Shown here piece by piece: positions 19,037 through 29,587 of a stretch of DNA of 64,000 bases; the stretch's first letter is position 1; every line of letters begins with the position of its first letter. The position numbers and the translations under genes were made by a program. Source of the DNA: Nostoc sp. (GTDB lineage Bacteria > Cyanobacteriota > Cyanobacteriia > Cyanobacteriales > Nostocaceae); contig JBALDB010000020.1 of NCBI GenBank assembly GCA_036918135.1, forward strand, positions 32,001 to 96,000, read 5' to 3'. The notes beneath the pieces were generated by a model, which saw only the letters and a program-made list of their open reading frames with translations, was not told the DNA's origin and did no database searches.

Positions 19037-19168
19037 TGGCTCGAATTACGCTCTCAATTGCAAAAACACCACAAAGCCAGAATTGAACAGTATCGATTTC
19101 GCACAGACCCCAAGGCTTACTTGGCTAATCTAGAAAGTCGTCTTCTCTAGTAAACTTTACCACACTAG
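19037..19168 (+). pseudogene. Probable C-terminal fragment of another transposase
   Basis: WLELRSQLQKHHKARIEQYRFRTDPKAYLANLESRLL* resembles the C-terminus of a cyanobacterial transposase family. No start or upstream body. Confidence 0.45.
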
Positions 19169-19240
19169 ACTTTAATTAGGCATTTGTTGAGTTCTAGCAA
19201 AACCAAAAATTATAAGTGATTAAATGTAAGTTTCTTAAGA

Positions 19241-20050
19241 TTAGGCTACCTCAAATGCACCGATGTCGACTTTAGAACCCAAGATGCGATTGAAACCAAC
19301 ACCCCGCTGGTCAAATGGTATTGGCTCAGTAGTATTACCGTCACCATCCAGATCTATAGTATCACGGGGTATATCTGCATTTTTGCCACTGTTGATGGCA
19401 GGGCTACCAGCGACTAGGGCATGGGTGTTGACCAAACCGCCGTTGTTTTGCAACTTCAGATCGAGAACCTTGGCGATCGCAACCTTTAGTTCTTCGCTAG
19501 CATAAAAGCCTGTACTGCCACTGCAGCGGCCAATCAGGTTATAGCCGTTGCTGGTGAAATTACCTACAACATCGGGGTTGATGGGGTTAGTTGCAGACTT
19601 GTTATTGCCAGCAATGATGCTGTTTTTAATCTTGGCGGTACCGTTGTTGATGATGCCACCACCGTTATCGGCAGTGTTGCCAATAATCTTGTTGTTGCCT
19701 AAGGTGAGGACACCACTATTATAAATAGCACCGCCGCCTCCTAATTGGTCGTAGCTATTGGTAATAGTCAGTCCGTTGATGGCAGCAGTAACACCAGTAC
19801 TAATATCAAAAATACGAGAAGCACTGTTTTTACCAATAGTTAGTAAGCTTGGGCCTGTACCTTCAATCGTGAGGTTATCTGTGATGGTGAGACTACTGCC
19901 AGTCAAACTAATGGTATCTGCAATGTTATCTGTAAATAGCCCACCAAACTTGATAATGTCTCTTCCTGTAAGGGCATTGGCATCTAGAATTGCCTGCCGC
20001 AGTGAACCAGCACCGCTGTTGTTGGTGTTAGTGACGGTAAATGTAGGCAT
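19241..20050 (-). CDS. Secreted/surface beta-helix protein (CSLREA-like N-terminus, choice-of-anchor Q-like C-terminus)
   Basis: TVTNTNNSGAGSLRQAI, GGAIYN/GGGIIN repeats, LQNNGG..THAL..GSPAI, DQRG..R....VDIGAFE. Confidence 0.8.
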   Translation of the reverse strand: MPTFTVTNTNNSGAGSLRQAILDANALTGRDIIKFGGLFTDNIADTISLTGSSLTITDNLTIEGTGPSLLTIGKNSASRIFDISTGVTAAINGLTITNSYDQLGGGGAIYNSGVLTLGNNKIIGNTADNGGGIINNGTAKIKNSIIAGNNKSATNPINPDVVGNFTSNGYNLIGRCSGSTGFYASEELKVAIAKVLDLKLQNNGGLVNTHALVAGSPAINSGKNADIPRDTIDLDGDGNTTEPIPFDQRGVGFNRILGSKVDIGAFEVA

Positions 20051-20689
20051 TTAAATGACTCCTGTTTTCGATCGGGTGTATGAAATTGCGCTCAAGGCTA
20101 GTGCTTGCTACCACTCTTAAGTCTTTTTTGTGTTACTCACTGAGTACTCCAAAGTGAGTTTTGTTAAAATGCGTCAATTGTGACGCTGCTACAAACAGCG
20201 CTGTATTATTTGTGCCAAAAAGCGATCTGTTGAGTTCTAGTAAAACCCGAAATAGAGTTAAACTTTGCTATTACTCAAGACAAATTATTGATTCTCTTAG
20301 CCAAATCTTTAGGGAGTTACTCTCCAACAATATGGAAAATTATAGAAACAAGCTTAAAATCAAAAAGCTTATTAGCATTTAGTATATACAAATACGAAAT
20401 TCTCATTTAAAATTTATTGAGAGTTTATTTTTATTTCATTTTGGAGAAGATTCCGTAAAGATACTGTAAATTAATTCTTGAGAAGTAACCTATATTAATC
20501 CTATTTGAGTTGTTAAAAATATCACCTTTTGTCTGCTAAATCAATACATTTTTACTATAATAAATATATAGCGTTCACCAATCCTAGTTAAGTGTAAAGC
20601 TTCTGTGTGAGAGCCTTTGAGAAAATGGATTCCGGGGTTCGTTTTATGCTTAAACATTAAATTCTTGAACCTTAGAGGAAAATTATTAG

Positions 20690-21061
20690 ATGATCCAACT
20701 GAGTCATTATCCAGCTGCGATCGCTCAAGCTGCCCAACGGGCTAACGAAATAGACTCTCAGTTGATGGCAGTGCAGCACCAAATTAACCGATTTGAAGGC
20801 AATGCAGATCGTGTCGCCGCTTTTGAAATGGATTTGAAAAATGATGCTCAACGCAAGGCGCGGCGTTTTGAAGTGCTGCTTGTGAATCAGGAATATCAAA
20901 AGGCGATGGATACTTTAATTCGCTTGACTGGGGAAAAGGCAAATGCCATCGGTCATTTGGAATATCTGCGTAACCAGTTTAGTGTAGCAAAGTTGGAAGC
21001 CAGATTAGCGATCGCTCAACAACTTACTGATTTTGAGTCTCGTGAATTAGTCGGTTTGTAG
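20690..21061 (+). CDS. Conserved cyanobacterial hypothetical coiled-coil protein
   Basis: MIQLSHYPAAIA.. LKNDAQRKARR; AGAGGA RBS upstream. Confidence 0.75.
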   Translation: MIQLSHYPAAIAQAAQRANEIDSQLMAVQHQINRFEGNADRVAAFEMDLKNDAQRKARRFEVLLVNQEYQKAMDTLIRLTGEKANAIGHLEYLRNQFSVAKLEARLAIAQQLTDFESRELVGL

Positions 21062-21254
21062 TCACACCTATAAACTCTAAATTTTCAGCCAGGGCGTTGG
21101 ATAGTTGAAGTATAAATTATGCGAGCGCGGATTTCAATTCTTTTTAGTCAGCTCGAGCTTTATAAGAATCTCTAGACTGACGACCACAATACACACATAT
21201 ATCATTCGCTCGAATTTAGATTACAATTATCTAACGCCACGAACCGTAGTTTGA

Positions 21255-23225
21255 TTAGATAACTGCTAAATTAGTCAAGTTACCTTTATAGCCACTAATC
21301 TCAATAACGGCATCAGTGAGAGCAGAGAATCCATTAGTGTTATCATTGAGTGCCAGAAAAGTTTGCTGATGATTGCCTGTACCCAGGGTAAAAGTTGCCG
21401 CAGCTTTAGCCACAAAAGCAGTTGCAGTTAATATCTGCTGTACATCGGAGAGATTTAAACTCGCAACAGTGCCAAGTTGAACTAAATTAGCAGCACTAAC
21501 TGCATACAGCCCATCAATTTTATCTTCACCAATTTTTAAGTCAGTAATTCTATCAAAGCTAGATAACAGCGAATCACTTAGACTGTTGAACACAAATTTG
21601 TCAGCGCCACAACCGCCTGTGAGAATATCACGCCCAGCGCCACCGTTGAGGATGTCATTACCTTTATCACCAACTAGTTTGTCATTTCCGGCTAATCCAA
21701 ACAGTTTATCATCACCGTTTTTGCCGGAAATTTTATCATTACCAGCCCCACCAGTAAGTTTATCTACACCATTACCACCGTTTAAGGTTTTATCAGGTAC
21801 GCTTCCTTGCGTAGTAGTCTTGCTCATGAGTTGACCATTGGGATTATATAAATGAGTAGCAACTGCATCTGTAGTGCCATTCCTATTGTTATCAATATCT
21901 GCGGTAATTAATTTACCATTGGCATCGTAGTTATAAGTGGTAATTTCGTCAGCAATGCCATCATTATTGAGGTCGGCTAGCTGTGCAGCTAGTCTGTTGT
22001 TAACATCATAGCTGTAAGCAGTCACTTGATCGAAGATACCATCATTATTGTTGTCAATCTTTTGTGAAATCAGCTTGCCACTCAAATCGTAGCTGTAGAT
22101 ACCAACCGCATCAGTTACACCGTCGTTGTTGAAGTCATAGCTGGCGGATGCGCGTCCATAAGTATAGGTTTTGACATCATCACCTATACCGTCGCCGTTA
22201 ATGTCAGTGCTAGAGGATGTCTGGTTGCCATTGGCGTCATAAGTATAGGTTGTGACACGATCAATTATGCCGTCGCCGTCGTAGTCATAGCTTAGGGATG
22301 TCTGGTTACCACTGGTATCATAAGTATACGTGATAACTAGATCGACTATACCGTCGCCGTTGTCGTCATTGCTTTGGGATGTCTCGTTACCGTTAGCATC
22401 ATAAGTAAGGGTAAAGATCTCATCAACTATGCCGTCATTGTTCTTATCAATGCTAGAAGATGTCTCATTACCATTGGCGTCATAAGTAGAGGTTGCAACC
22501 TCATCAACTATACCGTCGCCGTTGAAGTCATAGCTAGAGGATATCACGTTACCATTAGCGTCATAAGTAGAGGTTGCGACATTATCAACTATACCGTCGC
22601 CGTTGAAGTCATAGCTAACGGATGTCTGGTTACCATTGGCGTCATAAGTATAGGTTGTGACACTATCAAATATACCGTCGCCGTTTAAGTCTTCGCTAAA
22701 GGATGTCTGGTTACCATTGGTATCATAAGTATACGTCAAAACTTGATCGGCTATACCATCATTTTTGTCATCATAGCTTTGAGATGTCTCGTTACCATTG
22801 ACATCATAAGTAAAGGTAAAAACACCATCAACTATGCCGTCGCCGTTGTAGTCATGGCTAGAGGATGTCAGCTTACCATTGACATCATAAATAGAGGTTC
22901 GGACATCATCAACTATGCCGTCGCCGTTGTAGTCAGTGCTATTAAATGTCTCGTTGCCGTTAGCATCATAAGTAGCGGTAAAGACATAATCAACTATGCC
23001 GTCACTGTTGTCATCACGGATAGCAGATGTCTCGTTACCATTGACATCATAAGTAGCAGTTAGAACTCTATCAACTATGCCGTCGCCGTTGTCGTCAGTG
23101 CTACTAAATGTCTGGTTATAGCGATAGGTAATAACTGAGTCTATTATCCCATCACTATTATTATCTATCTTTTCAGATATTATATTGCCAGCAGCATCGT
23201 AAGTGTAAGTTGTAGTTGAGGTCAT
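21255..23225 (-). CDS. Repeat-rich calcium-binding surface protein: ~17 27-aa repeats + RTX nonapeptides + bluetail-like C-terminal domain
   Basis: TYTYDANGNxTSxSxDxNGDGIxD repeats; GGxGxD repeats; C-terminal DSLLSSFDRITD..TFLALND..GF..DAVIEI. Confidence 0.85.
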   Translation of the reverse strand: MTSTTTYTYDAAGNIISEKIDNNSDGIIDSVITYRYNQTFSSTDDNGDGIVDRVLTATYDVNGNETSAIRDDNSDGIVDYVFTATYDANGNETFNSTDYNGDGIVDDVRTSIYDVNGKLTSSSHDYNGDGIVDGVFTFTYDVNGNETSQSYDDKNDGIADQVLTYTYDTNGNQTSFSEDLNGDGIFDSVTTYTYDANGNQTSVSYDFNGDGIVDNVATSTYDANGNVISSSYDFNGDGIVDEVATSTYDANGNETSSSIDKNNDGIVDEIFTLTYDANGNETSQSNDDNGDGIVDLVITYTYDTSGNQTSLSYDYDGDGIIDRVTTYTYDANGNQTSSSTDINGDGIGDDVKTYTYGRASASYDFNNDGVTDAVGIYSYDLSGKLISQKIDNNNDGIFDQVTAYSYDVNNRLAAQLADLNNDGIADEITTYNYDANGKLITADIDNNRNGTTDAVATHLYNPNGQLMSKTTTQGSVPDKTLNGGNGVDKLTGGAGNDKISGKNGDDKLFGLAGNDKLVGDKGNDILNGGAGRDILTGGCGADKFVFNSLSDSLLSSFDRITDLKIGEDKIDGLYAVSAANLVQLGTVASLNLSDVQQILTATAFVAKAAATFTLGTGNHQQTFLALNDNTNGFSALTDAVIEISGYKGNLTNLAVI

Positions 23226-23637
23226 AATATTTACGCTCCTTATCTGTTAAATTGCAGTTTCCTATTGCAATGTGTTTTAATAACACAGCCCTAGATGTTG
23301 AAAAATCTTTTTATCTACTAAATCTGGGTAGTTGAAAGTCGTAGTAGATTCTTATATGTATTTTTACTGTATCATTCGTCTAGATGACGATACAATATAA
23401 TACAAAAGTTTTTCTAGTCAGTGTTATTGATTATATAATTGATGTGATATGGATCATTACGCACTTGAGTAACTTGGTGTAAAACCTCACAGAAGTGCAA
23501 AGTTTTTGAATTTGATTTGCTACTAACTTGTGCAAGGCTAGACTCACTCTAAATCAGGAAAACCTCTATTCCAAAAGGTCACAAAGATATTTTCAGAAAA
23601 TCAGATAAAAACTTTGTACAATTAGAGTCGATAACTC

Positions 23638-23757
23638 ATATCATGTCCGTTCAAACAAGCCTCATTGCAAGCGTAGGGAAGCAATCGCGGAAATGTTGTA
23701 ATTGATGTCGTTTCAATCGCTCTGGACATATTACGGGTGATTTGCCGGACATGATAT
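23638..23757. mobile_element. MITE-like element with 12-bp terminal inverted repeats
   Basis: ATATCATGTCCG ... CGGACATGATAT; a similar end (TCATATCATGTTCGG) occurs near 43892. Confidence 0.6.
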
Positions 23758-23878
23758 CATTTCTGAAGATGCCCTATAATAATGTGAAAAATTAGGATTA
23801 GATGATTAGTAGACATCCCAAAAAAGAATGTAGAGATATAGCACTCCTTTATCTATAAGAGTTGTAGATAACATACAT

Positions 23879-25033
23879 TTAATTTATGGAGCTGTCTAGC
23901 ACTGATTTGAGTAATCGGGCAATTTGCCGATTAATAGTTGCGATATCAAAACGCTCACTAGCAGTAATCTTGGCATTATTAGCTATACTTGCAGTTATCT
24001 CTGTTTCCTGTAAACAAGTAGTAATTACTTGTGCAAGTTCTTGGGGTTCTCCTGGTGTAACTAAAAAACCATTAAGTCCGTGTTCTATTAATTCCATTGC
24101 ACCCCCAGCTTTTGCTGCAACGACAGGTTTACCACATAGCATCGCCTCAACAATGACTCTACCAAAGGGTTCTGGGGACGTGGAGGTATGTGCTACTAAG
24201 TCACAAGCTGCCATTAATTGGGGAATATCGGAACGAAATCCTAAAAATTTGACGCGGTTTTCTAGCCCCAATTCAGTAACTTGTTGGTGTAACTGTTGAA
24301 CGTAATCTTGTTCGCCAAATAGTGCATCACCGACTAAAATTGCTGTGACTTCTTGCGGAGATTGGACAAGCGCAGCAATTAAAATATGCTGTCCTTTCCA
24401 AGGTGCAAGACGGCTAAAGTGTCCAACTACAAACTTTCCTTCTAATTCTAAGTGTTGCTGCAATTTATTAATGTCAGACTGATGATTTTGAGAAATTTTT
24501 GGTTCAAATCCGTTATAAACAACTTCAATGATGTCTTTACGTCCTCCTGCTTGGATAAAAGCTGTTTTACTAGCTTGAGAATTAGCAATTACTAATGATG
24601 CAAAATGATTAGCTAAGTTAACAGCAACATGAATATTAGTTTGGCTAAAATGTTCTTGGGAAAGAATATCATGTAAATGATAAACCAGAGGACGATGACT
24701 CAAAAAACTCGCTATTGCTCCCACAACTAATGCTTTTTGGGTGTTAGCGTAGATTAAATCGTATTCACGCGCTTTTTTAACTACTTTAGTAATTAAAGGT
24801 ATAAGTTGTCCCAAACTCTTTAATCCTTGGATTATACTGCTTTCTTTATGAACTCGAATCGCTTGATTTGTAAGAACTTCTACTGGAATACTATTTTGCT
24901 GTAGTAAATGTTTAAACGCTCCATCTGCAAATAAACCTACCAAAGCATCATGTCGATAGAGTTTAGCAATATCTATTAAACACAATTCTGCACCACCTGG
25001 TTTACCACTTTGGTCTAAAAAAAGAATTTTCAT
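23879..25033 (-). CDS. Glycosyltransferase family 4
   Basis: GGAE N-terminal motif, SRLAPWKGQ, EPFGRVIVEAMLCGKPVV. Confidence 0.92.
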   Translation of the reverse strand: MKILFLDQSGKPGGAELCLIDIAKLYRHDALVGLFADGAFKHLLQQNSIPVEVLTNQAIRVHKESSIIQGLKSLGQLIPLITKVVKKAREYDLIYANTQKALVVGAIASFLSHRPLVYHLHDILSQEHFSQTNIHVAVNLANHFASLVIANSQASKTAFIQAGGRKDIIEVVYNGFEPKISQNHQSDINKLQQHLELEGKFVVGHFSRLAPWKGQHILIAALVQSPQEVTAILVGDALFGEQDYVQQLHQQVTELGLENRVKFLGFRSDIPQLMAACDLVAHTSTSPEPFGRVIVEAMLCGKPVVAAKAGGAMELIEHGLNGFLVTPGEPQELAQVITTCLQETEITASIANNAKITASERFDIATINRQIARLLKSVLDSSIN

Positions 25034-25070
25034 AAAACTTATATTTTTTCAGATAATTTTATTCATGCTG

Positions 25071-26237
25071 CTACTGTAATAGAACATTCCGTACTTGCTG
25101 GGCAATTTCATTCCAGTCATAGTGTGTAGTGGCATACTGGCGACAGGCTACTCGTGATGGAATGTAAATATTTCCTAGTAGTATTTGTTCTAACTTTTCA
25201 GCAATAGCTGATGCATTAGTAGAAGTAGTAATTAAATCAGGTGAAAACTCTGCTAAAATTTCTGGCATTCCCCCAACAGGAGTACATAAAACTGGAGTAC
25301 CACAAGCTAGAGATTCGATGATTACTAATCCAAAACCTTCAAAAGATTGACTAGGCATAACAGTTAATTCAGCAGCTTGGTAAGCTATGGGTAATTGCTC
25401 ATCAGGTAAAAAATCCAAAAATTTAACGTTATCCTCTAGTCCTAATTCTGTAGCCTGTTGTTGTAGTGCAGCTTGGATGTGACCGCGACCAGCGATCGCT
25501 AGCCAAATATCTGGTATTCTAGGCTTAATTATAGCGAGCGCTTGTAATAATTTGTCAACCCCAGTTCGATGTACTAAGCGGCGTGATGTAAATAGAATCC
25601 GACGATTATTAGGCCAGCCTAATTGTCTACAAGCTTCTTGAGGTAATAAATTTGGTTGAAATGAGTTAATATCAACTCCACCAGGAATAACATTAATTTT
25701 ATTCCACGGTACTTGATATTTTTGATGTAAAATATTGCCAAATGCTTTGCTGAGAACAATAAAGCGATCGCAGCGATTATAAGTCGTTTGTTCTATCAGC
25801 CGATGCTTTATTGTCAGACTAAGATTTTTATTAACCACTTCCTGCTTACTCTCGAAAGCCCAAGGGCCATGAAAGTTAAAAGTAACTGGTACTCCCTTGG
25901 GTAAAATATCTAAAAGAGGAAAGCTGTATAATGCAAAGTGCAGATTAATTGCATCTGGTTTAGTTGTTCTAGTTTTCTGAAAGTTTCTGCGAATTGACCA
26001 TAATCTTTGACAAATATTAGTATCAACAGACGCTAAGTTAGTCAGCTTAATTGGGCAATTTAGGTCAGCCTGTGGTAAACCAACTCCGCATAATTCAATC
26101 CGGTCTTGTACTGCTAATTTATGAGTTAGTTCATAAATATACCTTTCTAATCCTCCGGGATTTTTCGGAAACCAACCTAATCCCAAGGTGAGAATAGATG
26201 CAGATGTAGAAGTAAAATTTTCTTTTTTATTTTCCAC
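25071..26237 (-). CDS. Glycosyltransferase family 4
   Basis: PGGLERY, RRLVHRTG, EGFGLVIIESLACGTPV. Confidence 0.92.
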   Translation of the reverse strand: MENKKENFTSTSASILTLGLGWFPKNPGGLERYIYELTHKLAVQDRIELCGVGLPQADLNCPIKLTNLASVDTNICQRLWSIRRNFQKTRTTKPDAINLHFALYSFPLLDILPKGVPVTFNFHGPWAFESKQEVVNKNLSLTIKHRLIEQTTYNRCDRFIVLSKAFGNILHQKYQVPWNKINVIPGGVDINSFQPNLLPQEACRQLGWPNNRRILFTSRRLVHRTGVDKLLQALAIIKPRIPDIWLAIAGRGHIQAALQQQATELGLEDNVKFLDFLPDEQLPIAYQAAELTVMPSQSFEGFGLVIIESLACGTPVLCTPVGGMPEILAEFSPDLITTSTNASAIAEKLEQILLGNIYIPSRVACRQYATTHYDWNEIAQQVRNVLLQ

Positions 26238-26721
26238 AGATACTTTTCCTATAAATGTCTTTAAACAAGATATACATTTTAAATAAGAGTTTATTAGAGA
26301 ACACCAATTTATAAACTATTTATATCTTTTCGTCAACAAGCAATTTAATTATGTGTTTTAATTAACTAAATTACACTGATGATAAATCTGATACCTGTTA
26401 TTTAGACAAGATAAATCCTAAATAGTAAAAGTAAAAAGCCACTATAAATTAATCAATACTTTAAAATTTAGTATTCAATTTTACTATTTTTTAAATTAAG
26501 AGTAATTATTAATACCTTGATGATTTTTCAGACAGATATTATCTGTATTTTTAACAATTCAAACTAGTTAGTTTTTTTGGCTGATTTGCAAAAAAATGAT
26601 TGTATATACAGTTATTCTATTTAGATTGGGAACATAGATTAGAAAAATATCATGTATAGACGCTTGTGGTGCATCTGAATGGCAAAAAATAGGATTTTTG
26701 TAAAAAATTAAATAAATTTAC

Positions 26722-28941
26722 ATGAAAAATCAATTAATGATGCAGTTAAAGAGACTCTATCAAGGGTTAAAGCAGCAAATTCAGAAGTTATCTAATTTTA
26801 GATATTTGCAAAGAAATAAAGTTTTTAAATTTTTACTCAGTTTAATTGTAGGAGTGGTAGTTACTACCATCGGCATTACAACAGATTGGGCGATAACTGG
26901 AACATCCATACTCACTTATAAAACGTCATGGATAGGTAATAGTATTGGTAGTGGAAATCTGCGGATACAAAATAATATAGAAGCAATGTATGTTGCCCCT
27001 GATGGTACAGTGTATACGAATAGCCATTGGGATGAGGCGGCAACAGAAGCGGGAATATATAAGGATGGTAAAATTATTGGTGCTGTTGGTGATACTCACG
27101 GTTGGGGGCGTGGTGGTGGCAAAGCTGTAACAGCAAATAGTAAATATATTTATATTGCCATGTCTCAAGGAGCGACAGGCAATACAAAAGAAGATTACCC
27201 AACAGAAGGAATAGCTTGGCACTGCGTTAGACGCTATGATTTGTCAGGAAAACCTGCACCGTTTCCTGAAGGACGTGGGTGGGATAAAAGTATGTTAATT
27301 ATCAGTACTAAAAGCGAAGTTGCTGGATTAGCAATTGGAGGAAGTGAGTTATATGTAAGTGATTTTGCTGCTAACCAAATTCGGGTTTATGATACTGAGA
27401 CAATGAAGGAGCTTCGCAGCTTTAGTGTTGCTAATCCAGGAGCAATAACTATTGATAAACAAAAAAATCTCTGGATTATTCAAAATAAAAATGGTAGTAA
27501 TCCGGCAAAGATTTTACATTATTCCGCAACTGGAAAGCAATTGCCCCAACAGATTGCAGATATCACCGAACCAACAGCGATCGCCATCGATTCTCAAGGT
27601 AAGCTGTTAGTAGCAGAAAATGGTTCGCGTCAGCAAATCTTAATTTATGAGATTAAAGAGCAGCCGATAAAAGTAGGTAGTTTTGGCTGTAAAGGCGGTA
27701 TCTATGGAGGTATTCCTGGTGAAGTTCGAGATTTGAAACTTTACGGACTTACCGGAGTTGGTACAGATGCATCAGGTAATATTTATATAAACAGTAATGG
27801 TTTCAACAAATCAGGAACAGATTTGCGTAAATTTGCGCCATCAGGTAAACTACTGTGGCGATCGCTAGGTTTAATATTTGTCGATAATGCAGATGCCGAT
27901 CCGAAGACTGATGGTATAGATTTATTCACCAAACAAGAACAATATCAGATGGATTATAGTAAGTCTGCTGGTAAGCAATGGACTTACAAAGCCTATACTT
28001 TAAATCCTTTTAAATATCCTCAAGATCCACGTTTGCATACATCGGCTGATGGAACATTTGTGCGCCGCATTCAAGGCAAGCCGTTTTTGTTCCTCACAGA
28101 CATGTATAGCAGCTTTCTTTTAATATATCGTTTCAATCCAGCTACAGATGGTAAAATTGCCATCCCAGCCGGCATGTTTGTTGGCACTAATACAGATAAA
28201 AAATTTCTTGCAGGAAATTGGCCGCCACAGCAACCAGAAAAGGGAGAATGGATCTGGCGGGACAGCAATGGCAATGGCAGATTTGAAAAGAACGAATATG
28301 ATACCAGTAAAGATTATCCTTATCTCGGTGGCTGGTGGGTAGACAGCAAAGGAGATGTTTGGAAAGCTTTGCGAACTCAAGATGGTACTGCTATCCGACA
28401 TTATCCTTTAAAGGGAATAGATGCTAAAGGTAACCCCATCTACAGCTACAGCTCGATGGAAAAGCAAACTACTCCTAAGATATTTAACGATTTGCGGCGC
28501 ATTGAATATTTTCCCCAAACAGATACGATGTATTTGTCAGGCTTCACAGTAGACCGCCCTGCATCCGGTGATGATACCGGAGTTGTGGGATCTGAGATTG
28601 CGCGTTTTGACAATTGGAGTAAAGGAAATCGCACTCCCCGGTGGCGAACTGTGATTCCCTATGACACCACCGGCAAACGCGAAGTTTCTACAGCTGCGAT
28701 GAGTGTGGCGGGAGATTATGTCTTCGCTGTCACAGTTAAAACCGCTGAGGTATATGTCTACAATGCAACCACAGGAGTGGAAGTACAAAAGTTAAAACCA
28801 GGGCCAGAAGTTGGCAGTGAAAGTGGTTGGATTGATATACCCTACGGTATCCGCGCTTTTCGGCGTTCCAATGGTGAATATTTGGTATTTGTGGAAGAAA
28901 ATTGGAAAGGAAAAGTAATTATGTATCGACTCACAAGGTAA
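26722..28941 (+). CDS. Membrane-anchored/secreted NHL-like beta-propeller protein, function unknown
   Basis: N-terminal hydrophobic helix; PxAIxID..LWI/LLVAE blade repeats. Confidence 0.75.
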   Translation: MKNQLMMQLKRLYQGLKQQIQKLSNFRYLQRNKVFKFLLSLIVGVVVTTIGITTDWAITGTSILTYKTSWIGNSIGSGNLRIQNNIEAMYVAPDGTVYTNSHWDEAATEAGIYKDGKIIGAVGDTHGWGRGGGKAVTANSKYIYIAMSQGATGNTKEDYPTEGIAWHCVRRYDLSGKPAPFPEGRGWDKSMLIISTKSEVAGLAIGGSELYVSDFAANQIRVYDTETMKELRSFSVANPGAITIDKQKNLWIIQNKNGSNPAKILHYSATGKQLPQQIADITEPTAIAIDSQGKLLVAENGSRQQILIYEIKEQPIKVGSFGCKGGIYGGIPGEVRDLKLYGLTGVGTDASGNIYINSNGFNKSGTDLRKFAPSGKLLWRSLGLIFVDNADADPKTDGIDLFTKQEQYQMDYSKSAGKQWTYKAYTLNPFKYPQDPRLHTSADGTFVRRIQGKPFLFLTDMYSSFLLIYRFNPATDGKIAIPAGMFVGTNTDKKFLAGNWPPQQPEKGEWIWRDSNGNGRFEKNEYDTSKDYPYLGGWWVDSKGDVWKALRTQDGTAIRHYPLKGIDAKGNPIYSYSSMEKQTTPKIFNDLRRIEYFPQTDTMYLSGFTVDRPASGDDTGVVGSEIARFDNWSKGNRTPRWRTVIPYDTTGKREVSTAAMSVAGDYVFAVTVKTAEVYVYNATTGVEVQKLKPGPEVGSESGWIDIPYGIRAFRRSNGEYLVFVEENWKGKVIMYRLTR

Positions 28942-28948
28942 CCATTTA

Positions 28949-29047
28949 AGGGAACTCCAAGAAATAAATTATCCCATTTGAAGTTGCTGACTGATGAGTG
29001 ATGACTGTTGAGTGTGAGGGGGGAGATATTTTTATTTGTCAGTCCCT
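28949..29047. repeat. Dispersed MITE-like repeat with internal TGACTG(A/T) heptamers
   Basis: AGGGAACTCCAAGAAATAAATTATCC...TATTTTTATTTGTCAGTCCCT; related pieces at ~47673-47772, ~55190-55264, ~58820-58850 and ~60434-60498. Confidence 0.65.
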
Positions 29048-29188
29048 GAAAGCAATATTGCCAGATAAGTTGATTTCGATTTGATGTTTACAAGCGATTA
29101 AACCTGCCTTAAAGGAGAATTTAGAAGTCAGAACAGAATGCTATTTTAAAGTAGAAAGTAGTTTACTTGAAAGCATTTGTTATTACCA

Positions 29189-29581
29189 ATGAAAGTTTTA
29201 AGGTTAGTCTTGTCAGGCCTGTTGCTAGTAAATACCCCGGCTATGGCTGTTGAGTTTAAAGGACAAAATATTGACGGTCAAAAGCTGCCTGCGAAAGCTT
29301 ACTATTATGCAACTGGTGGTGTCTACAAAGTTCAGGTACGCTTTCATCACAAACGAGCCACAATTTACTTTAACGACGGCAACCAAGTAACTATACAGTT
29401 GAAGGGGCAGGTAATCACTGACTCAAACAATATTGAAGGCTTTGGAATACTAGGACAATATCCTTTAAATGGAACATTCAGTGTTGGGTTGGTGTATGGC
29501 GATAATTGGCTTGGCAGCAGCGATAATCAATTACAACAGTCCAATCCGCTCTCTGGTTTGTGGAAAATTACTTTAGAGTAA
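29189..29581 (+). CDS. Hypothetical secreted protein
   Basis: Signal peptide MKVLRLVLSGLLLVNTPAMA from ATG 29189. Confidence 0.65.
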   Translation: MKVLRLVLSGLLLVNTPAMAVEFKGQNIDGQKLPAKAYYYATGGVYKVQVRFHHKRATIYFNDGNQVTIQLKGQVITDSNNIEGFGILGQYPLNGTFSVGLVYGDNWLGSSDNQLQQSNPLSGLWKITLE

Positions 29582-29587
29582 ATACCA

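Noticed and set aside
20382..20395. GTA-N8-TAC NtcA-like site
   Set aside because: Short motif expected by chance in AT-rich DNA; no supporting promoter or nitrogen-related gene.
21850..23215. Regular 81-nt periodicity resembling an array, or an RHS toxin
   Set aside because: It is a protein-coding repeat in one ORF; there is no RHS core signature, toxin tip or immunity gene.
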